A stretch of DNA of 64,000 bases. Origin: Zygnema circumcarinatum SAG 698-1b (Eukaryota; Plantae; Zygnematophyceae). The position numbers and the translations under genes were made by a program. The stretch spans positions 1,054,001-1,118,000 of the forward strand of contig CM074804.1 of assembly GCA_037447605.1 (NCBI GenBank), given 5' to 3'. The notes beneath the pieces are model-generated. The model was not told the DNA's origin. It ran no database searches and saw only the letters and a program-made list of their open reading frames with translations. Positions 43,690 to 57,100 of the stretch are shown in pieces. The stretch's first letter is position 1, and every line of letters begins with the position of its first letter.

Positions 43690-45116
43690 TCACAGGTGGT
43701 GCAAGATTTCGTCTCCACCCGTCAACCGCCAAATTTTAATCTCGCCGTCATCTCCTGCAGATGCAAGGAGTCGAGGATCCTGCCATGTTCCATGTAGACA
43801 GCGAAATCCGAAACAGTTTCATTCTGTCAGACAGCACAGGACAAACACATGTACTTCACGTTCTTCCGCCCCCCTCCTCTCTGCCTTCTCCCAGTCCCCT
43901 TCCCACTTCATTCTACCACGTATAATTCATCCCCTCTCTCCCTTCCTTTCATTCACTTTCGCAACTCTTCAACTATACCACCCCCTTTCCCTCTCTCTCC
44001 CCTCTCTCTCGCGCGCGTTCTCTCCGTTGTGCATCTCTTCAATATCGTCTATACCTCCCCCTCTCCTCGCTCCCTCGCTCCCTCTCTTTCCCCTTCCTTT
44101 CCATGCACTGTTCACCCCTCCCTCCTCCCACCTCCCCCTCCCTCCCTTCCCCCCCTTGCGGCCATACCTTGGGATGCCACCGCACACAGTTGACATCAGA
44201 GCCGTGAGCGTTCTCCTTCTGCACTATGAGCTTGAAGGAGGGACTCGGATCATCTCCCTATAAGAGCCCGCCAGCACACCAATCCACATTCCACAAACTG
44301 AATAACTAAGTACCTGACTAACTAAATCAATCAACTATTCAAATAATGCATCGACTAATGGCTTAATCCCTTACACTGACTTGCGCATCTGTGTCTTCTC
44401 CAAAAAGTCGTATGCAGTTGTCGGCTGCTCCTGTCACTATGAGACCGTTCAACCTGTATCCGTCCAACAGATTTCGCAACATCGTAAGCATAGGACTCCA
44501 AATGTCTCTTTCTTCCATTTGAACTGAAGCAGTCAAAAAAAAGGAAAGGACACGGTCGATTTTTCTGTAGATGTTAAATTTAGGGTTTCCCGAATAGCAA
44601 GAACTCACGATGACCAATCGACAGAAAAGATTGTTCTCTCGTGATAGCCTGACAGAGTGCACAGATGCTTCCTGTAAACCCCAAACATAAAAAATGGGGG
44701 ACCATCAAGAAACCACCTGTGAAGAGAAACAAAACGAAAACCTCTCCTTTGTTCGCCTCTTTCTCCTACTCCCTCCCACCGCTCTTCCTCAACCCGTCTC
44801 TACTCTCCTTCCTCCTCTTCCTTTTAAACCCTCCCCCTTCGAAGCTTGGTTCATATCGTATCAACGACCAAAACACTCTCTCTCCCTCTCTCCGCTCTCG
44901 CTGCCCCTACCTCTGCCTCTCCTTCTCCCTCCCCCCCCCCTCTCCCTCTCTCTCCTTCCCCCACTCCCTCTCCCTCCCTCCCTCCCTCTCCCCCTCCCTC
45001 TGCCTCCTCGTACCAGCCCTTCGTTCCTTTCTTCTCGTCGGTTGGTTCTGAACTCGTGTCCCACACCTTCAATGTGAGATCATCACTGCCATCCGTACAT
45101 ACACTACCACATAAGA

Positions 45117-45158
<42 letters not shown>

Positions 45159-47523
45159 TACACACACACAGACACAACGTCAAACATCAGATTAGGCGAT
45201 AAGATAGTCTGCTATATCATATTGACAAATTTGAAGATGCAGAGGACGCAAATACACAGATTCAACAATAAGGTCTTCATTACGTGCAATAGGTTTTGTG
45301 AAGCAGACCTGCAGGAGGCCATGCGGTCCCCCGATGCATCGAAGGCCACCGACCACACAGTGCTCGAATGACCACTGCAATAAAAACAAAAGAAAATAAT
45401 ACTGAAAACAAGTACAAAGAAAGTGGATGATGGGGAGAGGGAGAGGGAGAGGTCGAGAGGGAGAGAGAGAGTGAGGCATATACTTGGCAGCGCCTCCCAA
45501 CGTCTGCACACATCTCCATTCCTCTTCATCCCGATCCTCCGCCCACACCTGTACCTCCCCTTGTTTTCAATTTCTTCATTTGCACTGAACACAACTTCTA
45601 TGCACACTCCTCTCCCCTTCCCTTCGGTTCTATATCCCTCACTTCCTCCCTCCCTCTTTCCCTCATTCTTTCTTTCACACCTTTCACCAGCAGCGCACTA
45701 TTTCCTTTTAAGACCAAAAATGTAAGTGCTGAACATGTCCATCTCCCTCCCCCTTCCAAGGGTCACGTCACGCCTACGTGGCACCCGCCCTGTTTAAAGC
45801 CCAGGCAGCCCTGAGACCGGGAGGTCCAGTTCCTCGCCCATTGGTGGTCCCGTGAAACCGCCGTCTTATACAATCTCCCAGATTCTTTCTCTTCCTCCCT
45901 TCTCTCCCCTCTCTCCCTCCCTCCCACCCCTCCCACTTTGATAGAGTCGTCGCTACACTGTCCCCCCCTCTGCCTCCGCCGCACGTCCCCCCCCTCAGTT
46001 CGACAGAGTTGTCTTTACGCCCTCCCTCTCGCTGTCTCCCCCTCCCCTCCCCTCCCTCCCTCCCTCCCTTCCTACCTCCCTCCCCCTCTGCCCTCCACTT
46101 TGATTGAGTCGTCGCTACACCCTCCCTCCCCCTCTCTCCCCCTCCCCTCCCTCTCGCCCTCCCCACCTCCCTTCCCCTCACTCTGAGAGAGTCGTCGATC
46201 CTTCCTCCCTCCCTCCCCTNNNNNNNNNNCCCTCCCTCTCTCCCTCCCTCCCTCCCTCCCACCTTGATCGAGTCGTCGTAGCTGGCCGAGACCAGAAGCT
46301 CCCCCCCCGGGTGCCACCTCACCGCCTTCACGTCCTGAGAGTGTCCGCTCAGTACGGCCGCGCACTCGAACTCGTTCCCCTTCAGGGCCTCCCACACCCA
46401 CACGCTCTTGTCGCGCCCGCACGTCGCCAAATGCTCCCCTGAGGGACTCCACATGGCGCATTTCACCTCATTTTCATGGCCCTGCACCCTCACAAACGAG
46501 GAAAGCAAATAGGAGGTAACAAAGTTAATGCTTCACATCTGCCTCCTCCCGAAGAAAAACAGCGACAAAACTCCAAAGAACGACTTTAAAAAGTCCCGGG
46601 GAAACTTAAAAAGTAACACTGGACGATTTTTAAGAAGACTGGGAAAACGTCCAAATGACCCTAGAAAGGGACCATTCTATAGAGAAAAATCTCCTTTAGT
46701 TGATCATTCATGAAAAACTCAAGAAGAAATGCTGTACCTCTAGGGTAGCGACAAGCTCGAACTCCCCTCCCATGTTTTCCCAAATCGCAGTCGTGAAGTC
46801 AAAACTGGCGGTTGCAAGGAAGCGGCCGCAGGGCGACCAATCGCAAGAGCGGATGGTTTTGTTATGTCCGCCGTCGACTACAGCCTGCAGGAAATCGAAT
46901 CAAGAAAAAGATAGAGAAAGCATTAACGAGAATTAAGGAAGCTAGACGGAATTAAAACATATCCGAAAAGAGATAGAAAGGCTTCATTGGGAAAGTCGTT
47001 TTAAAAGAGGGGTTTTTAAGGGTTCAAAAAGGAGGACTAAAGTTTTTGAAAGTGGGGGTTAAAAGGTTGAACAAGAGCCAAACTAGGTCGTTTAAGAACC
47101 CTTGAAACCACAAACATCCTAAAATACTATTAGATTTCCAAGATTACTGATAATTTTCAGATTCTTCAGAAGAAATTTCCTTGAAAAACGCAGAGATCCC
47201 GTATGAATAATAAAAAAACTACATACCTACATCGTAGAAAAGCAAAATTCCAGCACGAATATTCTCTTCAACACGAACTGTTTTTGATCAATTTTCGCAA
47301 TGCAAAAATCCTGGAACCTCAAAATCCCTTTCCCTACGAGCACCTTGCAAGTCCAGGTGGCAGTCGCAGAATCCTCGGGCCCGTCCCTCGTCCATATGCG
47401 CACAGTTCTGTCGCCGCTGCACGACGCCAGCGAGGCGCCAGACGGGCTCCACGTGGCGCACCACACGCGCTCCACGTGGCCACGCAGCGCCTGCACCTCC
47501 TGCAGCTCCAGGGGGGCGGCCAT
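43690..47523 (-). CDS. CIA1: Cytosolic iron-sulfur assembly WD40 protein CIA1/CIAO1 (~354 aa, 10 exons)
   Basis: complement(join(43690..43779,44168..44257,44381..44453,44609..44671,45014..45085,45309..45374,45484..45548,46263..46481,46738..46884,47344..47523)), 1065 nt. Motifs [98 protein letters not shown]. Confidence 0.95.
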
Positions 47524-47793
47524 GGCGGAAGGAGGGAGGAAGGAGGAGGGAGGAAGGAGGGAGTAGTGAGCAGGGAGGAGGGAGAGGGGCGGAGGGCGGA
47601 GTCACGGAGGGCATGGAGGCGAGAATTGAAGGAGCGCTTCACATGTGCAGCGGAACTTCTTAAGTTTTGTTTACCGTTAAACATGGAGAGGAGCAGTTCC
47701 GTTAGAACGTCGTGAGACGGGTTCCGTAGAACAAAACGAGTCAATCTGCATCGTTAGATTGCGGACAAATTATATACAGTTTTTGCAGGGCGG

Positions 47794-48062
47794 ACCGTTG
47801 GATCGGCCACTGTTGGCCAACCATTGAAGAGGGTTGGCAGTCCAATGGTCCGCAACCATTCGACTCAATGGTTGCCAACCATTGCAATGTCTGGCTGGGT
47901 CGCGAATCAACGGTTCGCAACCATTGGCAATGAATGGTTGGCATCTATTGAATCCAACGGTTGGAACTATTGACCATGGTTTGCTGGGTTGCGAATTCAA
48001 TGGCTCGAAACCATTCCAACGGTTCATCCAATGGTTGATCCAACGGTTGGTCCAATGGTCGG
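47794..48062. promoter_or_regulatory. Palindromic AACCATT/AACGGTT array with MSA-like motifs upstream of CIA1
   Basis: TCCAACGGTT at 47953, 48015 and 48039, a reverse copy ACCGTTGGA at 47794, and TCAACGGTT at 47907, interleaved with many CCAATGGTT/AACCATT units of the same style as 32688-32840. Confidence 0.45.
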
Positions 48063-49037
48063 ACCTGTGCCATACTTTCACCCCAGCCGTCGAAGTTGCC
48101 ACGTGGCGCTCACTCCTGGGGACCTGGAGACGGTCGGACGATGATTGTGATTTTTTTGATGCAACCGATGATAGCAACATAGCAGATGAGGATCACACAA
48201 AATTTGTTGAGAGAATTTCAGCAGAAAATAAAATAAGTATTGACATTTTGCATTCCATGATACTCATTCGAATCACAGTCAAAGAAAGGTCCTTACATCT
48301 ACTCGCTTTTTTTTTTTTAAATTAAAGGGTTGTACCCCCCGTCGAACGCAATTCTTCCTTTCGCTTCCTTTGAGATGTGAGTGTGGGTGTGGGTGTGGGG
48401 GGCGAGAGAGAGGGAGAGAGAGAGTGACGGAGAGTGTAAGTGGAGGGAGAGAGAGAGTGAGGGAGACTGTAAGTGGGGGGAGGGAGAGTGAGAGGGAGAG
48501 TGACGGAGACTGGAAATGGCGGGGAGGGAGAATGAGAGAGAGAGAGTGACGGAGACTGGAACTGGGGGAGAGGAAGAGAGAGAGTGCGAGAGGGTCGGAG
48601 TGGGAGAGCCGCAAGCCGTTGCACTGTGGGTCGCTTGCTTCGGTCGTTGCTCAAGTAGCAAAATGCATGAGGAGAGAAATGGGAGGGAGAGGAAGCCGAT
48701 TTAGAGAGAGTGAGAGGGGGGAGAGAGAGAAAGGGGGAAGGAGAGAGGCTGTGTGAGAGGGTGAGAGGGGAAAGGAGAGAGGCGGTGCGAGTGAGAGGGG
48801 TGAGGGAGAGGGAGAGGGAGAAGGGGAGATAGAGGGGGGGGGGGAAGTAGAGAAAAGGGGGTGGTGTGGGATAGAGGGACAGGGAATGAGAGGCGTGTGA
48901 GATGGAGAGTGGGAGGGGGCGAGAGAGGTCTTCACTGCCCCAATGTAATTGGAGAGAGACAAACGCCCTCCTGTACATGAACAAGCTCTAAGGCTCAATC
49001 CTAAACAAAGGCATTGCCTTAAAAAACCTTGACAGAT

Positions 49038-49856
49038 TTATTCAGTTTTTTGTAGACTGGCGTTGGCCAATAGGGCCGCTCCTATGAACATGGGCGAAAA
49101 AATAAGAAAAAGAGAAAGGGGGAGATTTGGAGTAGTGATGGCGGGAACTAACAGGCTACCATACTTTATGGCGGCTGCTCCGAGTAAGCAGCTCGCGCCG
49201 AGCTTTCCTAAATAGAGTATCTCTTCCTGCGAAAAACAACATCTCCACGAAACAGCCGTTGCCACAATTGCTTTTTGAAGTAAATGAAAATAAATAAAAA
49301 GGACGCAAAAGGAGATGAAGCGAAAACCTTTGAGCTGGAATCTTTGAAAATCGTAAGACTCTGAAATTTTGAATTCCTAAATTCTTGCGAACCAGATGTG
49401 TTATACCCCTGCAAATCCTACAACCCTAAACTCAGACCAAATAGGATCTGTACAAGCAACCTGCAAACCTAAGCAACCCTAAAAATTACAGTTTCTCACA
49501 GCCTCAACGCATCATACGAATGTATTTAAGGCAAATGCTGAAGTCGGCAAGCCACCAAAACGCCTCAAAACAATAAATTTCCGCAATCCAACCCCCTTCA
49601 ACATTTCGTTGCCAACCTTATCAAGGGCATTCGATGGCGGTTGCGACGCTGCATCCTTCTCTGAAGCGCGCACTGCGACGGCCCTCCGACTGCAGCTCCT
49701 CCTCCCCTGCCGTTCCCGCTCATTCTGAACCGTCCGATGCGGCCAGCGGAGAGAATCGGACGGATGGCAGCGCGTGAGGGCGGGCGCGGGCGGGCGTCTC
49801 CCCGAGACGGGAGAGGGGAGGCACCGCTGGGACGGCAGGGCGGGTAGCGCGGCCAT
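49038..49856 (-). CDS. Small plastid-targeted two-TM protein of unknown function (~142 aa)
   Basis: complement(join(49038..49226,49617..49856)). Arg/Ser-rich transit peptide ending AVAVRASE; exon 2 EEILYLGKLGASCLLGAAAIKYGSLLVPAITTPNLPLSLFLIFSPMFIGAALL resembles a small IKYG-containing family I recall from plants and cyanobacteria (not verified). Confidence 0.75.
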
Positions 49857-51257
49857 GGGGAGGGAGGGAGGGAGGGAGGGAGGGAGGGAGAGGGAGGAGG
49901 AGAGAGGGGAGTGGCGCCGCAGTCTTCTTGAGTGCGCTCGCTCTGTGTACATGTCCATGTCCGTGGCCAGTTGCAGTTCCAGTCCGGGCTATCCATACTA
50001 TAGTACAGTACTGTAGTTCCACTCGACCCCTCTCGCGGCCTGCCTGGCCCGCGTGCTCCAAATGAGCTCGCCACGTGGCAGCCACGCGGTAGCCGCCAAT
50101 TTGTTGCCAGCCGCAACAGCGTGGCACCAGCATCGTACGTGGCACCCAGATGGATTGCGTTTGACACGTGGCCCTTTGTGATTAGTGAATACATATGCAT
50201 GGCAATCACGCAGGAGCCACGTCAGTAACACGCGTTCTGACGGAACTCGCTACCGCGTCCCTCACGACGGCGAAGCGGTCGATGGAACTGCGCCGTCAGT
50301 CGAGGAGGAGGGGTTCCATTTGTTGAAGGGAACCAAAGTTTGGCTTTCATGCCAGGGAACTACTTCCACAAGGAAAGATACAAGCAAGCTGCTTCATCTT
50401 GCAGCGAGCTGCAATGGAGAGGAATTAGGATGATCATCATTGCATGATAGGGAGGGATGACATCAGATGTACATGGCTGTTGGTCAAGAAGAAATATGTA
50501 GAACCAATGTGAATCGTCCACAAATGACATAGACACGAAAGAAAGGGTATGAGTGAAATGTTGCTTCTAGGCCCAACAATACGACTCTAGAGGCAACCAC
50601 GAATTTCGCAAAATGTGAGGCATGTCGCGTTGGGGGCGGAGCGTGGAAGGGCCTCTATGACTAGGGAAGGAGACCTGATTCGGTGATGTACATCATCATG
50701 GTCAGATCTGCCTTGGAAGGTGTGTGAGCAGGCAGGGTGGAGGGAGCCATGGCGGTGCGCGAGAGTGTCAGTAGGAGAGAGGAGCCTTACAGTTATTGCG
50801 GCCTTCAATATTCTTTAAAGTGTGGCCAGGGGCACAGAGAGGTATGGGAGTGTATGGGGGAGGGGGGGTGAACTTCAAGTGAAAGAAGACAAGTCAACGC
50901 ACAGAAACATTATAGGAGGAGAGACGAGGCATTCGCCATGTTTGAGAGGATGAGAGCTGCAAAATTTCATTTAGACGAGGCCTCCNNNNNNNNNNNNNNN
51001 NNNNNNNNNNNNNNNNNNNNNNNNNNNNNNNNNNNNNNNNNNNNNNNNNNNNNNNNNNNNNNNNNNNNNNNNNNNNNNNNNNNNNGATTGATTATAATAT
51101 TGAAATTCCAGCACTTGCCAAGTCACGTCACTTGCCAAACACTCAACAAGTGTGACTTGGTCCGTACATGTTGGTACAGCCCTTCCGTACATGATTTCCG
51201 TACGTATCTATGTTCCGATTGTACGGCTGTTAACAGTTGCGTTAAGGTATTATACAG

Positions 51258-51289
51258 TGTATAATACAGTATTAATACTGTATTATACA
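51258..51289. repeat. Perfect 32-bp AT-rich palindrome
   Basis: tgtataatacagtattaatactgtattataca equals its own reverse complement and overlaps a second inverted repeat at 51247-51267. Confidence 0.9.
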
Positions 51290-51424
51290 TTGTATCGAAC
51301 TTCAAAGTGTATAATACGGAGCTATACTCATAGCATCCTTTGGATTACTAACTTGAGAAAGAAATTCGGCTCGCTTATTTTTGCTAATTTGTGTTTATGT
51401 TTTTTTTTTTGTTTGTGCTGTTAG

Positions 51425-52896
51425 AAGAAATCGCGCCCGTTATTGTGCCACCTGCCGCCGCACAGGCCGCCCTTGCTTGTCCCGCTACGGCAACGGTCGC
51501 AGATGACCTTGCCTCTTCCAATCCCCCTTCCGAGCAGAAGGAGAAGGAGACGGAGTGCGCCTCCCCTTCAGAGCCCAACCCATGGGCGGATTGGGCGGAC
51601 CTTCTAGCCCCCAGCGTCGTACCGCTCCCCAATCCATGGGCGGAGTGGGCGACCCTTCCAGTCCCTACTCCAGGTATGGCACGTGCATTGAAAATTGAGA
51701 CAAGGAGAAACTGGAGAGAGAGAGCGGGAGTGAGAGAGGAGGGAAGGAGAGTGCAGGGTGGGGGAGGAGGAGAGGGAGTGGAGGTAGCGTGGAGTGTAGG
51801 GCAGATTGCTGAGCGCTCTCAAGAATGCAGTTAATGTTGCTTCTAACTTTAATCCAAAAGTGTCGGCCTTACTCACACCTTCTCCTTGCTTCCTTGTTGT
51901 GTGGTGTCAGATGCCCGAAACCGCATGCCGCATAAGGATGTTGTTGTGACACGTGTCCGCCCGGCAGAAGTGCGAGCAACGAAGCAACAGTCCCGCATGC
52001 CGCATAAGGATGTTGCTGTGACAACTGTCCGGCTGACAGCAGTGCGGGTAACAAAGCAACAGTTTAGGGGCGCAGGCGCTCAGCAAAAGGTGTGCGTCCA
52101 TCGCTGCTGCTCGCTCCATACGTGCCCGCAGTGTTTAAAGCGTTGTCTTTCTTACAGAATCTTGCAGTCCTCGTTTTGCAATGTGGAACCTAAACCAAAA
52201 CTGTTTTTTTCTTGCTTGATTGCCATGCAGAATGGTTTCACAAAGGGATTATCAAGGGTGCAAAACTTGAACGACAGTTTCACAAAAAGATATCAGCCCA
52301 CAAAAGAGATGGGCACATTTAAATACCAGCCCAAAAACGAGAAGGGCACATATGGTTATCAGGCCACAAATAAAATAGGTATGACTTCTATTCTTTAATC
52401 TAGTTTCAACTCTTCCAATTGCCAAGGATTGGACTTGGTTTGTTGACTCTTTTTACTAGAAAAATGCATGACTATTTTCCAGCATTTTAACATCCCCCCC
52501 TTAGCAGGAAGTTCTAATAGAAAATTGTGTTTTACTTGTGCTGTGAATCATTTTGGATCCGTAGCAGCAGTCAGCACTCCTTGCAAAAAATCTCCCTCCT
52601 TGTTGTCGCAGATTGGAAGTGCGATCATGAACTTTTTCAGTTGATAGGTTCTTTTGTTTTTAAGGAAGTCTTTTCGAAAAGATACTTCAGTATGTGTAGT
52701 AGTTTCTTCGCATCTTTCATCGTTTGGAGTTTATTTTTGGACCTCTTGGGTCAGGGTCTCCCCCTTTTTTTGTAAGTTGCAAACGATTTTGAATGCGGGG
52801 CTAATTTTGCACATAGAAAGACATGGTTGGACCCGGCAAAGGAGAGATTCACTCTCTTGCGCAGGTGTCCATTTTGGAATCAAACTTAGTTCATAG
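51425..52896 (+). CDS. Putative orphan multi-exon gene (5' end missing, near the 100-N gap) with internal peptide repeats
   Basis: Five phase-compatible GT-AG exons: 51425..51673, 51911..52089, 52231..52378, 52612..52647, 52865..52896 (stop). No recognisable domain. Confidence 0.5.
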
Positions 52897-53891
52897 TTAT
52901 TTCATTTTAAGATTAATTTTTAGGTAGGATTCATTACTGGGCACAGCTTAGCTTTAAGGCGAGGTCAAGCTCTGTTGAAAAAGTGGGTCACATTCGACAC
53001 ACTTCCTTTTTCTCTCGGTTGAAAGATGCGAGCGAGACTCTCAATTGTCAACTTTGTGCTCCCTTCATTTCACTGTTTAATTGTTGTCAATTTGGATATT
53101 GGAGATGTCAGATTCTTCACTGTACATGTCGTCGTCCTGCTGTTACAGTGCATGAGACCAAACTTTGCATGTTGCTTGTTGTTGGAGTTGGATATGGCGC
53201 TCAGACCTGTCCCTTTCAAAACCTACGTATTATTTCATACTTTTGAAATTGAGAGAAAGGAGAATACCGTTCTCAGAAATTTCACATATGTTGAGCTTTT
53301 CCAAAACATCTACAGAGGCTGAAGATTCTCCCACTCTGGCATGTCTTCAAAGTAAAGAGCGGCAGCCCGGCTCCGACCGCCATGTAGCGCCAAGGAGGGT
53401 AGGAGGAGGTAGGAGGGAGGGAGGGAGGGGGAGGGAGGCGGGGAGGGAGAGGAAACGTTTCTCAGCCATTTGTTAGTCTAGTCGCTGTACAGATTTCAAG
53501 GGAGGGTTCAGGGAAGTAGGTGCATTATGCTGACTTGCTGTAACATGTGAAGGAGCTTGCCGTGTGCATAGAACAGGAGGAAATGTGTTACTTTCTGTTG
53601 TTATCTTTTGTGACAAGTCTTTAAGTATGGACCAGCTCTGTGTAGGTGGTTGAAATTAGAACATTTGCTAATTCAGTGCTTTAATTTTAGGGTCAAGGAG
53701 AAGCGGATTGATTGAAAACAAAAAGATGAATTGAAATGTTTAACGTATTTTAGGAGGATTACTTGTTTTACTTTTAAGAAAAAGAACAGAAAAATGTAAA
53801 GATTTGTTTTTGTTCCCTTAAAATATTCATGTCGTACCCAAGTACCACTCCTCTGGCTATATACAGAACTGTCATAATATATGATATGCCT

Positions 53892-53922
<31 letters not shown>

Positions 53923-54176
53923 CTACTCCTGGCTGGGAATACTAGTTGTCAGCATGACTTAGTCAAGACCTGCAAGCTCTCGATCAACAAACCCTAAACC
54001 AAAACCTTACAAAGCCCTAAAAACATCGCAAACTCAATCAAAGACCACACCTAAGTCCCGAAGTGCTCGACATTGGGATGCAAAAATGACTTATTTTTAC
54101 CATGCACCACTTTCAAGCGGCGAGCACGGTAACTACTTGCATAGCACTACGATCCTAAATTCTTAAACCCTAAACT

Positions 54177-57100
54177 CTACTTGCAGCTGCTCGCCTTTGG
54201 CAGCCGCTCCTCCGCATCCTGTTGGAGAACTTTGTGCCGTTCCCGAGCCATGGAGCCTATCACATATCTTCGCGCCGCACCCTCCGAAGCCCCTCTGGCT
54301 ACCAATTCCTATTGATACAGAAAGGGGGAGAGAGAAAGAGCTGTCAGAGGCGAGAGGACGGAGAGAAAGAGAGAGAGTGAGGGACATAGAGAATGGAGGA
54401 GGGTGTACTCACCATGACCAGGGCATCCACTCCTCCCTCCTGCTCATTCACCGGTAGAGATGCATCGACGTACTGATTCCGAATAGATCTCGAGTATGCC
54501 TGCGTGAATCCATTTACACCGCAAAAACAGCAATACTCCATTTAGACCTCACAATGTTACACAGCACAAAAAACTGAACGCCCCTAAAATCCCAAACTGG
54601 CAAAAGAAGATCACTCGAGTTCATGCTCTATGCATTCATCGACTGCCTGAACGCGGTCTTACATGGAGCTCCATGCTCAGTTTATCAGTTTCCCCTTCAT
54701 ATGAAGTCTCTCCTCCCGTCTGCTCCCTATGCCTCGACGGACTCCTCAAAGGTCTCAAAGGAGAGGAGAGAGCCACCTGAATGGCTCCATGCATTTTCTC
54801 TGCAGATTTTTGAGTCTGCAAATAGCGCAAAAAAAAAAACAACAAAAAGGATAAGAACACAGGAAGAGAGACAGTGCAGACAGTGCAGCAGGAAGGAGTT
54901 CAACTTTTCTCAAACATGCATTTTAGGGTTAACAGATACATGGAACTCACAGCTTCTGCCTGGAGATCCAATTGCTCCAATGCATTTTCCAGCTCTGTTA
55001 TGTGATTTAGAGCTGCATTTTTCTCCAGATGTACGGCTGCCAGCTGCCTCTCCAACTTCTCCGCCTTCTCTGCATATCTCGCCCTCTCTGCCTCCAACAC
55101 TGCCTGCGGTCGCAAAAGCGAAACGGAACGGAGAACGAAACAGGAACTGAATACAAGCATGAAACCAGCAACTTGGGGAGCACCAGCAGCAGGAAAATGT
55201 TGACTTCAAAGCATCTGACAATAATGTAAGCATGAAAACCAACACCCTCAACCCTAAATCCCTACAACCCTTCTCTCTTCTAGTTTCTCACCCATTCACC
55301 TAAATTTAAAGCCCTAAAATTTGAACCCCAAATCTCAAACTGATCTCACCTCCAGCTCTGCATGCGACGAAGCCCTTTCTGAGTCCTCCCTCTCCATTTC
55401 ATTTCGAAGTTCCTCCTCAACAAATCGCTCAGTCTGCTCCAAACAAAAGAACAAGTTAGTTTCTCATTCAAACTGAACTTGCTTCTCCTTCACGTTACTG
55501 CAAACTCAAACCTTCTCACTTCACTCTCCCCACCACAAACCCAACACACGTCCCTTCTCTTTCTCCCCAATGCAAACTAAACCTCCCACTCCGCCACTCC
55601 TCCACTCCCCCCTCCCTCTCTCTCTCCCTCCTTACCTGCGATTTTCGCCTAAGCAGCTCTGCCAGCGAATTCTGCAGCCAATTGATGTGGGTGTCCCTCT
55701 CCTCCATATCGGCCACAGCCTCTGCCAGCTGTCCCTCTAGTTTGCCCGCCACCTCCAACACCTTCAACCGCTGAGTCTCCAAACTCTCCTGCACCGTCAA
55801 ACATCACATACACAAACCTTCAAACATAAGTATCAAATGTTTATAGTTTTTAGGGTATTTTAGGTTTAGAAGTTACAATCATCAAGATACCATCCCCTCT
55901 TTTAACTCCCTCCCTCCCTCCCTCCCTCTTCCCTCTCCCTCACCAGTGCCACTTCCATTGTCCGTGTGAGCGCCATCTGCTTCTTGGCTGCTAGCTCGAG
56001 CTCCTGCTTCTCCTCCTGCTCCTCTCCCTCCTCCTCCTCTCCCTCCCTCCTCAAAGGACTCTCCTGAATTGCTTCAGCAGCAGCCGCCCCCGCCTGTTGG
56101 AGGCTCGAAAGGTGGCTCCTTAAAACATCGTTCTCACTCTCTGCTTCCGAGGTTCGGACCTCCAACTGTTAAACAAAAGGGCAAACATATCCTTCAAACT
56201 GAGATCATGTGTGAATTTGATGCCTTGGGGGTTTCAAGAATTCAATGGCTTTAAGTTTCAAGGTTAAGGACTACTAGAAAACAGAGAAATAACATCCGTT
56301 CATGGGGCGAGAGGCAGGGTCTCCTATATCCCTCTCACACTCATATTTTCTCCCTTCCATATGCACCCGAGACTCTCTCCCTCTCCGTTCACCCTTTCCA
56401 CCTCCTCTCTCACCTCCTCTCTCACCTCCTCTCTCACCTCCTCTCTCACCTCCCTCTCCCCCTCTCCCCCTCTCCCTCCTCCCTCACACATGCCTGCGTA
56501 TTGAGGTATTGCAGAGTATTCCTTTCGCAGGCCATCAGCTGGAGTTCATTCTCCACTGCTTGCAAACGTGCTTCTGCCGATGTCTTCTCATCCTGTTCCA
56601 GAAACGCGCATGTCTATTGAAAATTCAGAAGGATAAAAATCAAAAGCAGAAAATTAAATATGCTGAGACAGACGTCCAGGGAGGGTGGTGTGAGAGTTTT
56701 GGAGTTACGTTTTTCTTTTTGGGGGGTAAGGTTCAAAAGGGGATTTGAAATTCTGAAGGTTAACTTTGTGGATTTACCTGCAATTTCGCATTTAGAGCTC
56801 TCAATTGAGCTATCTCCTCCTCCTGTCTCTTAGCAAGCGCTGTGCGCTCATCCAGCAGCTGCAGATTCACGCTATTTAGTCAGAAAGTCCCCAAGGTAAC
56901 GTGAGCCTGACTAAGACAGACAGTAAGCAGAATTTGTGATAGTGCGAGTGACAAAGGCGACCTCAACCCTCTATTCTCACGCTCAAAACAAAGGATTAAA
57001 ATCCACTTAAGAACACACCTTCTGAAAATTGGGAAACTTCTCCGTTTCCGGATACACCGATGGGCTATCTGACCACATCTGTTATCAAGAAAGTGAAAAA

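Noticed and set aside
50880-50985. PPR-like peptide RDEAFAMFERMRAAKFHLDEAS before the 100-N gap
   Set aside because: A single partial motif with an upstream in-frame stop, truncated by Ns; too little to call a PPR gene or link it to the orphan gene.
56488-56494. Third GC donor (CAG|gcatgt) in the coiled-coil gene
   Set aside because: An in-frame canonical GT donor (TGT|gtgagg) lies 6 nt downstream, so GC use cannot be asserted.
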